From: a virus
Lineage: Duplodnaviria; Caudoviricetes
DNA: 64,000 nt
Reading direction: 5' to 3' (one strand)
IMG/VR virus record: IMGVR_UViG_3300000942_000002
Coordinates: 25,012-89,011 of that record
Within the stretch, counting starts at the first letter, position 1. Every line of letters begins with the position of its first letter. Positions 29,855 to 40,020 of the stretch are shown piece after piece. Made by a program: the position numbers and the translations under genes. The notes beneath the pieces were generated by a model. That model was not told where the DNA came from. It did no database searches and worked only from the letters and a program-made list of their open reading frames with translations.

Positions 29855-30355
29855 TTATAATAATAGTAATAAATTTTTGTTTAAAAACTCTTTATCATTT
29901 TGAAATAACCATGAAGGCAGATTTTCCAATTGCCCAGATATTGTGTTTTTTCCTGAAATAATAGGCTCATACTTTATAGGATAAGGTTTTACTCTTATTG
30001 TTTCATATTCTTCTTTTCCTTCAAGTATTTTGGCTCTTAATTTATTATGCCTTGGTCCTAAATAGTCTACTTTTATATAAACACCTTGATCTTCATACTC
30101 TCTACAAATCTGTGCTATATAACGACTAATAGTGTATTTAGCTTTATCATGATTGTATGAATCTACATGATGATCATGAAGTTCAATTACCTTGCCTGAC
30201 TCTATTGCAGTCTCTAATAAAATCTTTGAAAGAATAAAAGTTCTTCCAGTTCTCCTATACCCTATGTTATTTCCTTTTCTCTCTCCTTCGTCAAAAGAAT
30301 AGAAAGCTTTTAATTTTTTACAGAATTCTGCATCGAAAATATTCTCTCTTTTCAT
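29855..30355 (-). CDS. Hypothetical protein ending in NKNLLLLL
   Basis: 166-aa ORF in the operon, with a degenerate P-loop-like RRTGRT. Confidence 0.6.
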   Translation of the reverse strand: MKRENIFDAEFCKKLKAFYSFDEGERKGNNIGYRRTGRTFILSKILLETAIESGKVIELHDHHVDSYNHDKAKYTISRYIAQICREYEDQGVYIKVDYLGPRHNKLRAKILEGKEEYETIRVKPYPIKYEPIISGKNTISGQLENLPSWLFQNDKEFLNKNLLLLL

Positions 30356-30360
30356 GTTTT

Positions 30361-30876
30361 TTAATTTTGACCAGTGCTCCCAAACCCAGCAGAACCTCGT
30401 CCTTCTCCTTCTTCGTAAGCATCTAACCCTACTTCGTAGATAGCTGGTCTTGCCACTTCAGCAGCAACTAATTGTGCAATCCTTTCTCCCTTGTCTACTC
30501 GATTTAGAAAAGGTGTAGAGTTATACAAGATAACTCCTATTTCTCCAGTATAATCTGCATCTACAGTTCCTGGAGAATTTAATACAGAAAGGCCTCTTTT
30601 AAGACTAATTCCACTCCTTGATCTAACCTGTAGTTCTAAATTATCTGGTATATCAGCTTTTAATCCAGTCCCAAAAAGAATTCTTTCAAGAGATCTTAAT
30701 TTAATGTAACCTCTTTTTTCAAATCCTTCTTGTACTTTTTTAAGATTTTCAGGCTCGATTTCTCTATCTCCTCTAAAAACCTTCAAAATCTTAAATGCTG
30801 TGACATCCATTCCTGAAGCTAATTCAGACCCATATTTAGGCAGGGATGCTCCTTTTTCTACTAAAAATTTTACCAT
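30361..30876 (-). CDS. dut: Trimeric dUTPase
   Basis: Motifs ASGMDV, RSRSGISLK, GTVDADYTGEI and RGSAGFGSTG. Confidence 0.95.
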   Translation of the reverse strand: MVKFLVEKGASLPKYGSELASGMDVTAFKILKVFRGDREIEPENLKKVQEGFEKRGYIKLRSLERILFGTGLKADIPDNLELQVRSRSGISLKRGLSVLNSPGTVDADYTGEIGVILYNSTPFLNRVDKGERIAQLVAAEVARPAIYEVGLDAYEEGEGRGSAGFGSTGQN

Positions 30877-30901
30877 TTTACTTTTTTAATTTTTCTTGTA
30901 T

Positions 30902-30932
30902 ATAAAGGGTGTAGATCCAATCGTCCACACCC
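30902..30932 (-). terminator. Probable intrinsic terminator
   Basis: On the - strand, GGGTGTGGA-cgattgga-TCTACACCC forms a 9-bp stem (one G.U) followed by TTTATA, in the gap between the 77-aa ORF and dut. Confidence 0.6.
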
Positions 30933-30947
30933 ATATAGCTAAAAACT

Positions 30948-31181
30948 TTATTCTCCACCATATTGAATCTCATCTTTATGAGCTATGGTGTATACCCCGT
31001 CACTAGTTATAAACTGGTGCCCTTTTACTGCAAAAATTTCAAATCCCATATCTTCAATTTCTTTACGGAATTTTTCAACTTGAGCTTCGTGTTTATCACT
31101 TTGAGGCAAATCATCAGTTTCAAAACACTTTTGTGTCAAGTCTAAACCTTTGATCTTTTTTATTATACTCCACTCTTGCAT
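30948..31181 (-). CDS. Hypothetical protein
   Basis: 77-aa ORF following nrdJ. Confidence 0.6.
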   Translation of the reverse strand: MQEWSIIKKIKGLDLTQKCFETDDLPQSDKHEAQVEKFRKEIEDMGFEIFAVKGHQFITSDGVYTIAHKDEIQYGGE

Positions 31182-31190
31182 TTTCTTTGT

Positions 31191-33080
31191 TTATAAGATT
31201 TCACAGCTACCACCACTACAAGCAAGGTTCTCTTTCTGTGAAGTGTTATCCTTTTTTTCAACTATTAAAGTTAAATCAATAGGATTGGTTTCTATGTATT
31301 TTAATTTTCTGTTAAAAACTTCTTCTGGCACTTCTTCAAAAGGTGCATTTTTATATGTTCCCCCATCAAAAGGAAGAACAGATAACCCATTATAATTGTG
31401 ACGATTTTTCCACATCCATTCACCAACTTCTTTCCACTCCTTTTCTTTTACAGAAACTGTTGCAGAAACATTATTAGTGTTTGGGCCTCTCCTATGCCCT
31501 ACATGTACCCACTCTAAATTCAATCGTTTTACTCTTTCAAGAAAATCAATAGCAGTTTCATTCTGTCTTAAAATTGCTTCTTGAGGAGCTTTTTGTGGGA
31601 TACCAATCACTGCACTCATCGGATCATATTCCATGATATCTATAAGCTCTGGGTGATAAGTGTTGAAGAAATTGTATAAATCATCTCCAACTCTACATTG
31701 CATATTTCTAATATATTGAGGGCCATGCCAAGCATGTGCTCCTGAAGCAGTCCCCACTACACAAGAAGTTGTTCCTGCTGGTTTAATAGTAGTGTTTCTT
31801 GCTGCCGGATTTATTCCAATTATTTTTGCTACTCTTTTGTTTTCCTCCATTCCCACAATTGCAGAATGAGTCCAATCTAAAGATTCAATTTTACCATCTC
31901 CTACACCTGTAATTCCAATACCTATCAAAGCATCTTTCTCTGTGTTTACTCTCCAAATATTTCTTAAGTAATGGAAATCTGTAAACCCAGCCTGCAAAGT
32001 ACCAAAGAATCCAGCTACTTTTGCTCTTTTATCTAAATTTTCTTGACTTTCTATAGTTCCTGCATTGATTTCAGTGAGATTACAAAAAGTAAAAGGTCTT
32101 AGTGAAATTTCACAACAAGGATTGGTACCGTATTCTGGGTCATTTGTAAAATATATTCCAGGTTCCCCAGAATTTGAATCTACAACCATTTTCCAAAGAG
32201 TATCAAATTCTCCTTTTTTTACTCGATTTCTTAAGATAGTGGCAGAATTATTTGCTCTTCCTAACTCTGGATATTTTTCCCACCAGTTTCCATGTTTACA
32301 GGTGGCCATTATTCTGTCATCCATAGAGAACAAAGAAATTAACGCTGCCCTTCTTATTCCTCCAGCTAAAACTGCATCAGCAATAAGACAACAAATTCTA
32401 TGCACTTCAAAAGGAGTAAGTTTATCTCCATTTTCTTTCTGGCTTAACATTGACTCTATCTTAGTCAAACAAATTCTTAATGGCTCTGGCCCGGGAGCTT
32501 TTCCTCCTGCTGTAACTAACATAGCCCCTTTTTCTCTAATATCTGAATAGTCAAATCTAGGTTTAACTTTTGTTATACCATAATAAGATTTCATCAATTG
32601 CTTAACAGCATCAGACCACCCTTCAATAGAGTCGCCTATTAGATACTTAGCTTGTTTTGTAGGTTTTTGTATTTCCGGTAATTCTTCTACATGATGATAT
32701 TGTACAGAATACCCTGCACCAGTTCCACCAAGTAATAAGAACATCAATTCACTAAAAGCTCTATAATCATTCATTGGCATATAACTACAGTTATAACCTC
32801 TTGCTTCATTCTTTTCAATAGCTGGTCCAGCAAACTGGAGAGCTCTCATAGAAGGAAGAACTTTTTTAGTATACAGATATTGAGCATTTTTTAAAATCTC
32901 TTTTTGTAAATCAACACGAATAACATTGCCTTTATCATCTAGGCAATACCTTTTTATCATCATGTCAATATATCTGTCTACAATTTCTGACCAGGTTTCT
33001 CTTCTTTGCAAATCTGGACGATATTTTGCATACTTATTGTATACAACAATGTTACTTAGTAACTCTTGCGTTTGATTCAT
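31191..33080 (-). CDS. nrdJ: Class II (B12-dependent) monomeric ribonucleotide reductase
   Basis: Motifs GTNPCCEI and TTIKPAGTTS, with the C-terminal redox pair CSGGSCEI. The likely start is MNQTQELL at 33080 rather than 33137. Confidence 0.93.
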   Translation of the reverse strand: MNQTQELLSNIVVYNKYAKYRPDLQRRETWSEIVDRYIDMMIKRYCLDDKGNVIRVDLQKEILKNAQYLYTKKVLPSMRALQFAGPAIEKNEARGYNCSYMPMNDYRAFSELMFLLLGGTGAGYSVQYHHVEELPEIQKPTKQAKYLIGDSIEGWSDAVKQLMKSYYGITKVKPRFDYSDIREKGAMLVTAGGKAPGPEPLRICLTKIESMLSQKENGDKLTPFEVHRICCLIADAVLAGGIRRAALISLFSMDDRIMATCKHGNWWEKYPELGRANNSATILRNRVKKGEFDTLWKMVVDSNSGEPGIYFTNDPEYGTNPCCEISLRPFTFCNLTEINAGTIESQENLDKRAKVAGFFGTLQAGFTDFHYLRNIWRVNTEKDALIGIGITGVGDGKIESLDWTHSAIVGMEENKRVAKIIGINPAARNTTIKPAGTTSCVVGTASGAHAWHGPQYIRNMQCRVGDDLYNFFNTYHPELIDIMEYDPMSAVIGIPQKAPQEAILRQNETAIDFLERVKRLNLEWVHVGHRRGPNTNNVSATVSVKEKEWKEVGEWMWKNRHNYNGLSVLPFDGGTYKNAPFEEVPEEVFNRKLKYIETNPIDLTLIVEKKDNTSQKENLACSGGSCEIL

Positions 33081-33169
33081 ATATTTTTTAAGGGTTAAAG
33101 ATAAATTTGTGGTTTCTAAAAAATATAGAAACCACAAATTTACTTAAAATTTATTGTAGTTTATAAAAC

Positions 33170-34237
33170 TTAACTCTTTCTTTTGATAAATTTTACATCC
33201 ACTCTTCTTGCAAAAGCGTGATTAATTTCTTCAACCTGAGTTCTATCAATACCTTGAGGAGATTCTATAATTCTACTTGCTTCAACACCTTTTGATATTA
33301 ATAAAGCTTTCATTATTGCAGTTCTCTTTTTTGGTAATTCTACTCTATTGTAATAGGACTCACTAGATAGGCATGACCAACCTTCCAAAACAATGTCATA
33401 CTGAGGATTTTGCTTTGCAAACAAAGTGACCTTCTCAGAAGCATTTCTAGACCTTGGTTTAATTTCATTACTATCGAAATCAAAGAAAATATGTTCTGCT
33501 ACGGGAACAGGCACTATTTCTTTAATAGAGTATGTTGTTGAGGTTATGTTAACATTTTGTTGGCAACAGTCCTCTTTTTTTGTTGTTTCTTTTTCAAGAC
33601 TTTTCACACTAACCGGAACTTCTCCCCAATCTACATGAGGTTTTCTTCTACCATTATCCAAGTATATTCCAACCCTTAAAACAAAATCTTGTTTAAAGGC
33701 TTGAATAGGGTTTCCTGTAGCATCAAAATTACTATTAAGAGTTTTTTCTTGAGTTGTGTTTGCTGTTCCTCTAAATTCCAGACCAACAAATCCCCAAGGA
33801 TTTTTCTTCTGTCCTAAAGAATACAGGACATTTCCTGCTGCTGTATAATTAAACACTCTTTCTTTTAGATTATCTCTTAACCAATAATAAGTTCCTCCAA
33901 ATCCAGCAGTTCCGTTAATAGAGAATCTACCTATTCTTGCTATATTTCTGAACATTTCTATTCGGAAACCTTGGGAATAAGCTCTATATTCACATTCTGG
34001 GTGACCAGGATGGTCTTTTGATCTCAAGACATCAAATTGCCAGTTACCCTGTAAACCAAATTTAGGTGTAAACATATATCTATACCCAGCATTAACTAGA
34101 ATCGAGGATCTAGAAGTTCCAAGACCATCATGATACAAGTTTTGCCCTACTCCCATTTCAAGACTCTGCCTTGCAAAATCTTGTGCATTAATGTTAATAA
34201 ATATCAACATTGGTAATAAAAATATCAACTTTTTCAT
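33170..34237 (-). CDS. OmpA-family outer-membrane protein (signal peptide, beta-barrel, OmpA-like periplasmic domain)
   Basis: Signal MKKLIFLLPMLIFININA-Q, alternating beta strands (GYRYMFTPKFGLQ), and C-terminal IFFDFDSNEIK...RTAIMKALLISKGVEASRI...ARRVDVKF. Confidence 0.85.
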   Translation of the reverse strand: MKKLIFLLPMLIFININAQDFARQSLEMGVGQNLYHDGLGTSRSSILVNAGYRYMFTPKFGLQGNWQFDVLRSKDHPGHPECEYRAYSQGFRIEMFRNIARIGRFSINGTAGFGGTYYWLRDNLKERVFNYTAAGNVLYSLGQKKNPWGFVGLEFRGTANTTQEKTLNSNFDATGNPIQAFKQDFVLRVGIYLDNGRRKPHVDWGEVPVSVKSLEKETTKKEDCCQQNVNITSTTYSIKEIVPVPVAEHIFFDFDSNEIKPRSRNASEKVTLFAKQNPQYDIVLEGWSCLSSESYYNRVELPKKRTAIMKALLISKGVEASRIIESPQGIDRTQVEEINHAFARRVDVKFIKRKS

Positions 34238-34239
34238 AA

Positions 34240-35184
34240 TTAAATTCTTTGTGGTATTAATATACTTTTATTTGCTGAAGACCTACAGATATTAAAATTG
34301 AAATCCCCTAAGCATTGTCCATGACCTCCTGTGATAAACCATCCAGAGGCACTCAAAACATTTTCACTAGATGTGACATTTGCTCCAATACCCACTTGAA
34401 AAGGTTCAGCTCCAGGTCTGATAGATATAGTATAAATAGGTGATCCATCAACATCTTTCATAGTTCCTGTTATTGTAGAATATTGTCTCCAGTCAGAATT
34501 GTCCACTGTAAGACATTGGTGGTCTTTAACAGTTGAAGAAACTAAATCACTGAAAGTTACATCTAACAAATAAGTTTTATTTGAATTATGCTTAGTAACC
34601 TTTCCGTATAATCTAGCAGTCCCATCTTCAAATTCTCTGAAGGTTAGATCTTCATTATAATAATAAATATTATCAATCCACATAACATATACAGCATCAT
34701 TGGAACAATGATTTGTATCATAAACATCAATACATTCATGATCACATTTATCTAAACACCATTTAACACGATTTGTTATTTCATTGTCTTCTAGAGTATT
34801 GTTTCTATTTCTGTCCAAACCTATTAACAACCATTTTCCACCGTGTTCACAATCTGCTCCTGGTTCAATAGTTTCAATTCTAATTAAAGAATTATACCCA
34901 TTTTCACCATTATTACCTTGTGTTGAACAAATCTCTGGAGAATTTCCTACTTCTCTTTCTTCATATTCTTGGTATCCCCATTCTTCTCCATCTTCATGAT
35001 ACTGAAATAAAACATAACAGTCTTCTGAAGTGTATGTGTACCAAAGAGATAATCCATTTTCACCTGGAATTCCTACTCCTGGAGGTCCTTGTGGACCTGG
35101 AGTTTCTGGTACTTCTTCTTTAATTTCACTGATGCTGCAACTTATCAGCAACAATGATAAAAATAAATATAATCCTTTTTTCAT
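34240..35184 (-). CDS. Lipoprotein with a short collagen-like repeat and a secreted-protein-type beta domain
   Basis: Lipobox LLISC, collagen triplets GPQGPPGVGIPGENG, and segment EPGADCEHGG...IGLDRNRNNTLEDNEI as found in collagen-like surface proteins. Confidence 0.7.
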   Translation of the reverse strand: MKKGLYLFLSLLLISCSISEIKEEVPETPGPQGPPGVGIPGENGLSLWYTYTSEDCYVLFQYHEDGEEWGYQEYEEREVGNSPEICSTQGNNGENGYNSLIRIETIEPGADCEHGGKWLLIGLDRNRNNTLEDNEITNRVKWCLDKCDHECIDVYDTNHCSNDAVYVMWIDNIYYYNEDLTFREFEDGTARLYGKVTKHNSNKTYLLDVTFSDLVSSTVKDHQCLTVDNSDWRQYSTITGTMKDVDGSPIYTISIRPGAEPFQVGIGANVTSSENVLSASGWFITGGHGQCLGDFNFNICRSSANKSILIPQRI

Positions 35185-35206
35185 TTTTTCCTAATTTTTG
35201 TAATTT

Positions 35207-35881
35207 TTACATAAACATGCCTTCTCTCCAATCAATTGTTCCAAAAACTTTTGGCATCTCTTCTTCAAGAGTTTCCCCAATAATTCTGGCAATTAATCTA
35301 GCTTCCTTTTGAGTGTGCTCATCTAATCTTACATTAAGAAAAGCAAGCCAACTCCTTAAAGAACCATTCATAGTAAGGGTTGTTGTAGTACATCCCGGGA
35401 GTATTTCTCTAGCACATTCTTTAGCCACACCTTTTTCTAATAAAGAAAAATAAAGTTGTTGAACTTGTTCTAGATGATCAAATATTGCTCGATCTGCTAA
35501 CATGTGGCTATATTCTCCAGCATTATTTCCCAACATAGGATTAAAAACCTCAGTACTAGACTGTCTATTTGTAGAATGCTCCATTCTTAACTCAATTGTC
35601 TCAAAAGAAACTTTATTTGAATACCTTTGAGAATGTTCTTGAGGTTTTATGCTCCAGTGTCTAAGAAGTTGTCTTCCTATACTACGAGAAGTCTCAATTT
35701 CAAAATTAAAGTTAATCATATCTAAAGGGCTCCAATGTTTGTTGTCCATAAGATGTTTAACTAATTTACCATTATCTTCTTTGATTGTTCCATGCCTGGC
35801 AATTGCAGCCAAGATTTCCTCAGAGGTAAGCTTTTCATATTTGCCTACCCCTGTGGTTTTTGTTACTAGAGTTACTTTCAT
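35207..35881 (-). CDS. thyX: Flavin-dependent thymidylate synthase
   Basis: ThyX motif RQLLRHWS...EHSQRY and KECAREILP. Confidence 0.92.
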   Translation of the reverse strand: MKVTLVTKTTGVGKYEKLTSEEILAAIARHGTIKEDNGKLVKHLMDNKHWSPLDMINFNFEIETSRSIGRQLLRHWSIKPQEHSQRYSNKVSFETIELRMEHSTNRQSSTEVFNPMLGNNAGEYSHMLADRAIFDHLEQVQQLYFSLLEKGVAKECAREILPGCTTTTLTMNGSLRSWLAFLNVRLDEHTQKEARLIARIIGETLEEEMPKVFGTIDWREGMFM

Positions 35882-36105
35882 TACTCAGTTTCTTCAGTTT
35901 TTGGTTGTGGAAACCTAGAAATTCTTCTTTCTAAAGCTTGAGAATAAATGTTCATTGCTGATAATTGAGTCTTTAAATCTGCTTTTTCAGCAGGAATTAA
36001 ATTCTTATAGTGAGCAGCATCCTCAACTATAAACTTTTCTAAAGCTTCAATTTTTACGTCTAGTTCTTCTTTTTCTGCTAGAGCTCTTTCTTGAAATTTT
36101 TCCAT
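35881..36105 (-). CDS. crAss001_48-like small helical protein
   Basis: Pattern FQER..AEKEEL..KI..L..FI...QL.AM..Y...L..RI. Confidence 0.65.
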   Translation of the reverse strand: MEKFQERALAEKEELDVKIEALEKFIVEDAAHYKNLIPAEKADLKTQLSAMNIYSQALERRISRFPQPKTEETE

Positions 36106-36108
36106 TTT

Positions 36109-37722
36109 TTATGTAAATTTAGTTGTTGTTGTGTCATCTTTATTGATGACTGCATAATTACTCGTTAGCAATGTACCTACTATAGATACAGCACTTTCTA
36201 ACCCAATTCTTACTACTTTAAAAGGATCAATAATATTACCTTCAAACATGTTTTCAACATATTCTCCTTTTTTAACATCATATCCTCTTTGTTCTTCAAA
36301 TCGAGCTAATTCATTTTCTATAACATCTGGGCTTTCTCCAGCATTTAAAAGAATTTGTCTGAAAGGAGCTTTTACAGACTCTAGTAAACTTTTGTATCCG
36401 GCTTGAACACTTTCCGTTACTACAGGTTTGAAAGCTTTTCTCTCTAAATGTTTACTTGCATAATAAAGAGCCATACCTCCTCCTTCAATCACTCCTTCTG
36501 CCAAAGCAGATCTTACTGCACATTTACAATCTTCTACTCTATCTAGTAATTCTTTACCTTCTTCTCTGGAAAGAGCACCCACTTTGATCATAGCAACACC
36601 ACTAGATAATTTACCAAGTCTCTCTTCTAAGATATCTACTTCGTATTTATTCCCTTTGTAATGTTCTAATTGAGATTGAATAAATCTCATTCTCTCATTG
36701 ATTATCTCCTGATCTCCAGCTCCTCCAATAAAAGCAGTATCTAAATTGGTAATTTCTGCTCTTTGAGCTTCTCCAAGATCATCAGGGTTGAATTGTTCTG
36801 GATCAGAATTTTCATCAAATACTTCTCCTCCAAACAATGCTGCCATATCTTTCAATCTAGCAGACCTTTTCTTACCATACCCCGGAGACTGCACAATAGC
36901 AGATCTTACATTACCTTGGGCATGATTTATAACAAGCCCTCTAAGAGCACTTTCTTGAACATTTTCTGCGACAACTATTAATGGCCTTCCTTTTTGTCCT
37001 GCATATTCTACAGCTTGGAATATTTGTTTGAACTCAGAGATCTTACCATCATAAAGAAAAATGAAAGGATTCTCAAGATCTGCTTTCATTTTTATTTTAT
37101 CTGTCACACAGTAAGGAGAAATGTATCCTCTGTCAAACTGCATACCTTTTACCATATTTACTGTGGTTTCCATGCTATCTCCCTGTACTACAGAGATTAC
37201 AGCATTTATACCAAGCTCTTTGTAAATATTGGTTACAGTTTCAGCAATTTCTTCATCTCCATTTGAAGACACTAAAGCAACTGCTTTCAATTCTGGACTA
37301 TCTGGGCTAACATCACGTTTCTTACCTTCAAGATATTTAAGAATATCAATGCTGGCGATCTTAACTCCTTTTTTGAATTCTAAAGCTTTTCTTCCTAGAT
37401 CTAGGTGTTTGATCCCATCATTATAGATGGCTTGAGATAGTACAGTAGCAGTGGTGGTTCCATCTCCAGCTAAATTGTTAGCCCTCATAGATATGTTTTT
37501 GACCAGCTCTGCACCTAAATATTCAATTGAGTTTGAATCAAAATGAATGTCTTCGGCTACACTAACACCATCTTTAGTGATATTGATTTCTCCAAAAGGG
37601 TTTTTAATAACAACTGTATTACCCATTGGCCCCAAAGTGTCCTTTACAGCATCAGCTAACTCGTTAATTCCTCTTTGAATTCCATCTCTGAATTCTCTTC
37701 CTTTTACTAATTTTTCAGTCAT
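36109..37722 (-). CDS. groEL: Group I chaperonin GroEL
   Basis: Motifs TLGPMG, ITKDGVSVA, AGDGTTTAT, GMQFDRGYISPY and RVED. No GGM tail. Confidence 0.97.
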   Translation of the reverse strand: MTEKLVKGREFRDGIQRGINELADAVKDTLGPMGNTVVIKNPFGEINITKDGVSVAEDIHFDSNSIEYLGAELVKNISMRANNLAGDGTTTATVLSQAIYNDGIKHLDLGRKALEFKKGVKIASIDILKYLEGKKRDVSPDSPELKAVALVSSNGDEEIAETVTNIYKELGINAVISVVQGDSMETTVNMVKGMQFDRGYISPYCVTDKIKMKADLENPFIFLYDGKISEFKQIFQAVEYAGQKGRPLIVVAENVQESALRGLVINHAQGNVRSAIVQSPGYGKKRSARLKDMAALFGGEVFDENSDPEQFNPDDLGEAQRAEITNLDTAFIGGAGDQEIINERMRFIQSQLEHYKGNKYEVDILEERLGKLSSGVAMIKVGALSREEGKELLDRVEDCKCAVRSALAEGVIEGGGMALYYASKHLERKAFKPVVTESVQAGYKSLLESVKAPFRQILLNAGESPDVIENELARFEEQRGYDVKKGEYVENMFEGNIIDPFKVVRIGLESAVSIVGTLLTSNYAVINKDDTTTTKFT

Positions 37723-37989
37723 TTACAATATAATTAATATGTCCTGGTAACTCATCACTATATAGTTTTTTCCTTCTATAGTAATTTCTGCACCGTCATA
37801 ATACTCTTTGTATTCTACTGTAGGTTTAGAATTCAATTTATTCTTTACCTCAGCAGGAACAGCTTCCCCATATCTAACTACAACTCCTTTTCTTTCTGGA
37901 ACTATATCAGACTCAGGTAATAAAACTCCTCCTTTTTCTTTTGCAATCTCTGGTATTTCTACCAAAACATTTTCATGTATTACATTCAT
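37723..37989 (-). CDS. groES: Co-chaperonin GroES
   Basis: 88 aa, mobile loop GGVLLP, G-VV--G strand and C-terminal DIL; immediately upstream of groEL. Confidence 0.9.
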   Translation of the reverse strand: MNVIHENVLVEIPEIAKEKGGVLLPESDIVPERKGVVVRYGEAVPAEVKNKLNSKPTVEYKEYYDGAEITIEGKNYIVMSYQDILIIL

Positions 37990-38351
37990 AGTTCTAATTT
38001 TACTTCTGTGATATCTTTTTGTTCAACTTTAATAAAATATACAGGTTTTCCTGTATTTTTTGCATACTTGATTTCTGCCATTACTCCTACAGATTCTTTT
38101 ATCTTTTCTTCACCTTCTTTAGGTATAAGAACCCAAACTTCATTTGAAAAATCTATAAATTGATAATCAACTTTTTCCCAAAAATTCCAAGTTCCAGGAA
38201 GCTTATGTTCTTTTGCAATAGTATGACAATGGCTAATAGGACTAAACACATTTATATTCTTATTAAGAATAATAGCAGCAGCTTCGTTTGCCTGTTCAAA
38301 ACTGCTTTCTTCTATACCTGTATAAGGTATTGCGAGATAAACTTTTTTCAT
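37986..38351 (-). CDS. DUF1937 / nucleoside 2'-deoxyribosyltransferase-like protein
   Basis: VYLAIPY...VFSPISH...W...D...S.GV..EI..A..GKPV pattern. Confidence 0.7.
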   Translation of the reverse strand: MKKVYLAIPYTGIEESSFEQANEAAAIILNKNINVFSPISHCHTIAKEHKLPGTWNFWEKVDYQFIDFSNEVWVLIPKEGEEKIKESVGVMAEIKYAKNTGKPVYFIKVEQKDITEVKLEL

Positions 38352-38521
38352 AACTTTGGGATTTCTTCTTTAACAACTCGACATTTTGGGTAAGCTAGTT
38401 GTAACCCTTTAACCAAACCATCTACATAATCTTCTGATCTGTCAATAGTTCTTTCAGATAAAACAGGCTCATGTCCAAAAATATTTTCATATTGTTCTAC
38501 TCTTACGATATAGTCTTTCAT
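38348..38521 (-). CDS. Hypothetical protein, 57 aa, not in the ORF track
   Basis: MKDYIVRVEQYENIFGHEP...EEIPKL*. Its stop overlaps the next start (ATGA) and it fills the gap. Confidence 0.6.
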   Translation of the reverse strand: MKDYIVRVEQYENIFGHEPVLSERTIDRSEDYVDGLVKGLQLAYPKCRVVKEEIPKL

Positions 38522-38547
38522 GGTTTTCTATTTAATTTTTTTAATAC

Positions 38548-40017
38548 TTATAGATTTAGATAATACAATTCTTTTTTAGCTCTACTTCTTGCAACGTATT
38601 TAAGATTCTTCTCTTGTTTTAGTTGCTCTGGAGAAGTGGCAAATTTTGAAGGAATCAAGTTCTCATTTAAAATATAAACTATATCTGCCTCTAAACCTTT
38701 AGCTTTATGAATAGTGCACAGCATTGTAGCTTTTGATTTAACTTTGAAAAGATTTTTAATTTTCTCTAGTAAAACCTTGATCACTTCATAGTCAGTGCTC
38801 ATATTTGACACCAAAGCTTTAAAATTGGCATAATTCTCTTTAAACATGTATAACTTCATTCGTCCTTTATCAGTTTTATCTGCTTGAAGGTCTTCCAATT
38901 TATAGAGAAGTTCTGATTTAGTCCCGGCCACAGTATAATTCATATAAGGTTTAAGAAACCTAGTTATGGAAGATAAAATATCATCCCCTTTAATATAGAC
39001 TGGCATTCCGGATCCTAGAAGACTAAAATATAATTTAATAATAGGGCTTGTGTTTCTACAAATTATCATAGATTCTCCTTTTATCTCATTTACATCTTGT
39101 ACTATACCAACTACTCCTTCATCTTCTTTACCATATTCCATTACATCGTAAACTTCATTAGTTTCATCGATGATTTTTGTTGCACATCTATAGCAAATAT
39201 CTAATGGCAGCTCTTCTACTTCTCCCATCCCTAAAAATTTATCAAAAGAAGAAGAATAGGCACCACTAAATCCATAAATAGATTGATTCCTATCTCCAAC
39301 TGCTATCCATTTTATAACAGTTCCCTGTGCAATTAAATTTTCGATAAGTCTGTGTTGAGCTAAATTTAAGTCTTGTGCTTCATCTACCATTAAATAGTAA
39401 GGATCAATGGGTATATGTAACTTCTCTCTTGCAGCTAAATAAATCATATCATTAAAGTCAATAGTTATTGTATTAGTACTATAACTAGCTTCTCTAAAAC
39501 TTATAAAGCTGGCCCACAAAGATACAATATCTTTATGATTTACAAAGTTTTTATCCATACTTTGTAAATGTTTTTTGATTTCACCAATGTCATCTGTTAA
39601 AAATAACCTGGATATATCATTCATGTCCATGAGTGTATAGCTTAATTTAAGCTTATCTTCCCACTTCATGTATTTGAATATACTTTTATGCTTATTTTGA
39701 AGCAATTTTAGTAATTCAAAGTTCTTCCCATTTTTGATAATCACTTTCTTATAGTGCTTTCTAATAGCAGATAAACCTAAAGAATGCATTGTAAGAGCTT
39801 TACCTTGACCTAGTTTTTTTTCATCAATTTTTGCCTGAATTTCTTCTTGCACTGACTTATTAAAAGCTAAGAACAAGGTTCTGTACTTACAAAAACGTAG
39901 AAGCTCAAGTAAGGTTGTTGTCTTACCTGAGCCTGCTACTGCATTAATTAAAATGTTTTTATCTGTATTATTCCAAGTATCAAAAATTTTCTGCTGTTTG
40001 CTACTAGGTTTAAACAT
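38548..40017 (-). CDS. UvrD/Rep-like SF1A helicase
   Basis: Motifs AVAGSGKTT, VDEAQD, VGDRNQSIYGF, TIHKAKGLE and YVARSRA. Confidence 0.9.
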   Translation of the reverse strand: MFKPSSKQQKIFDTWNNTDKNILINAVAGSGKTTTLLELLRFCKYRTLFLAFNKSVQEEIQAKIDEKKLGQGKALTMHSLGLSAIRKHYKKVIIKNGKNFELLKLLQNKHKSIFKYMKWEDKLKLSYTLMDMNDISRLFLTDDIGEIKKHLQSMDKNFVNHKDIVSLWASFISFREASYSTNTITIDFNDMIYLAAREKLHIPIDPYYLMVDEAQDLNLAQHRLIENLIAQGTVIKWIAVGDRNQSIYGFSGAYSSSFDKFLGMGEVEELPLDICYRCATKIIDETNEVYDVMEYGKEDEGVVGIVQDVNEIKGESMIICRNTSPIIKLYFSLLGSGMPVYIKGDDILSSITRFLKPYMNYTVAGTKSELLYKLEDLQADKTDKGRMKLYMFKENYANFKALVSNMSTDYEVIKVLLEKIKNLFKVKSKATMLCTIHKAKGLEADIVYILNENLIPSKFATSPEQLKQEKNLKYVARSRAKKELYYLNL

Positions 40018-40020
40018 AAT

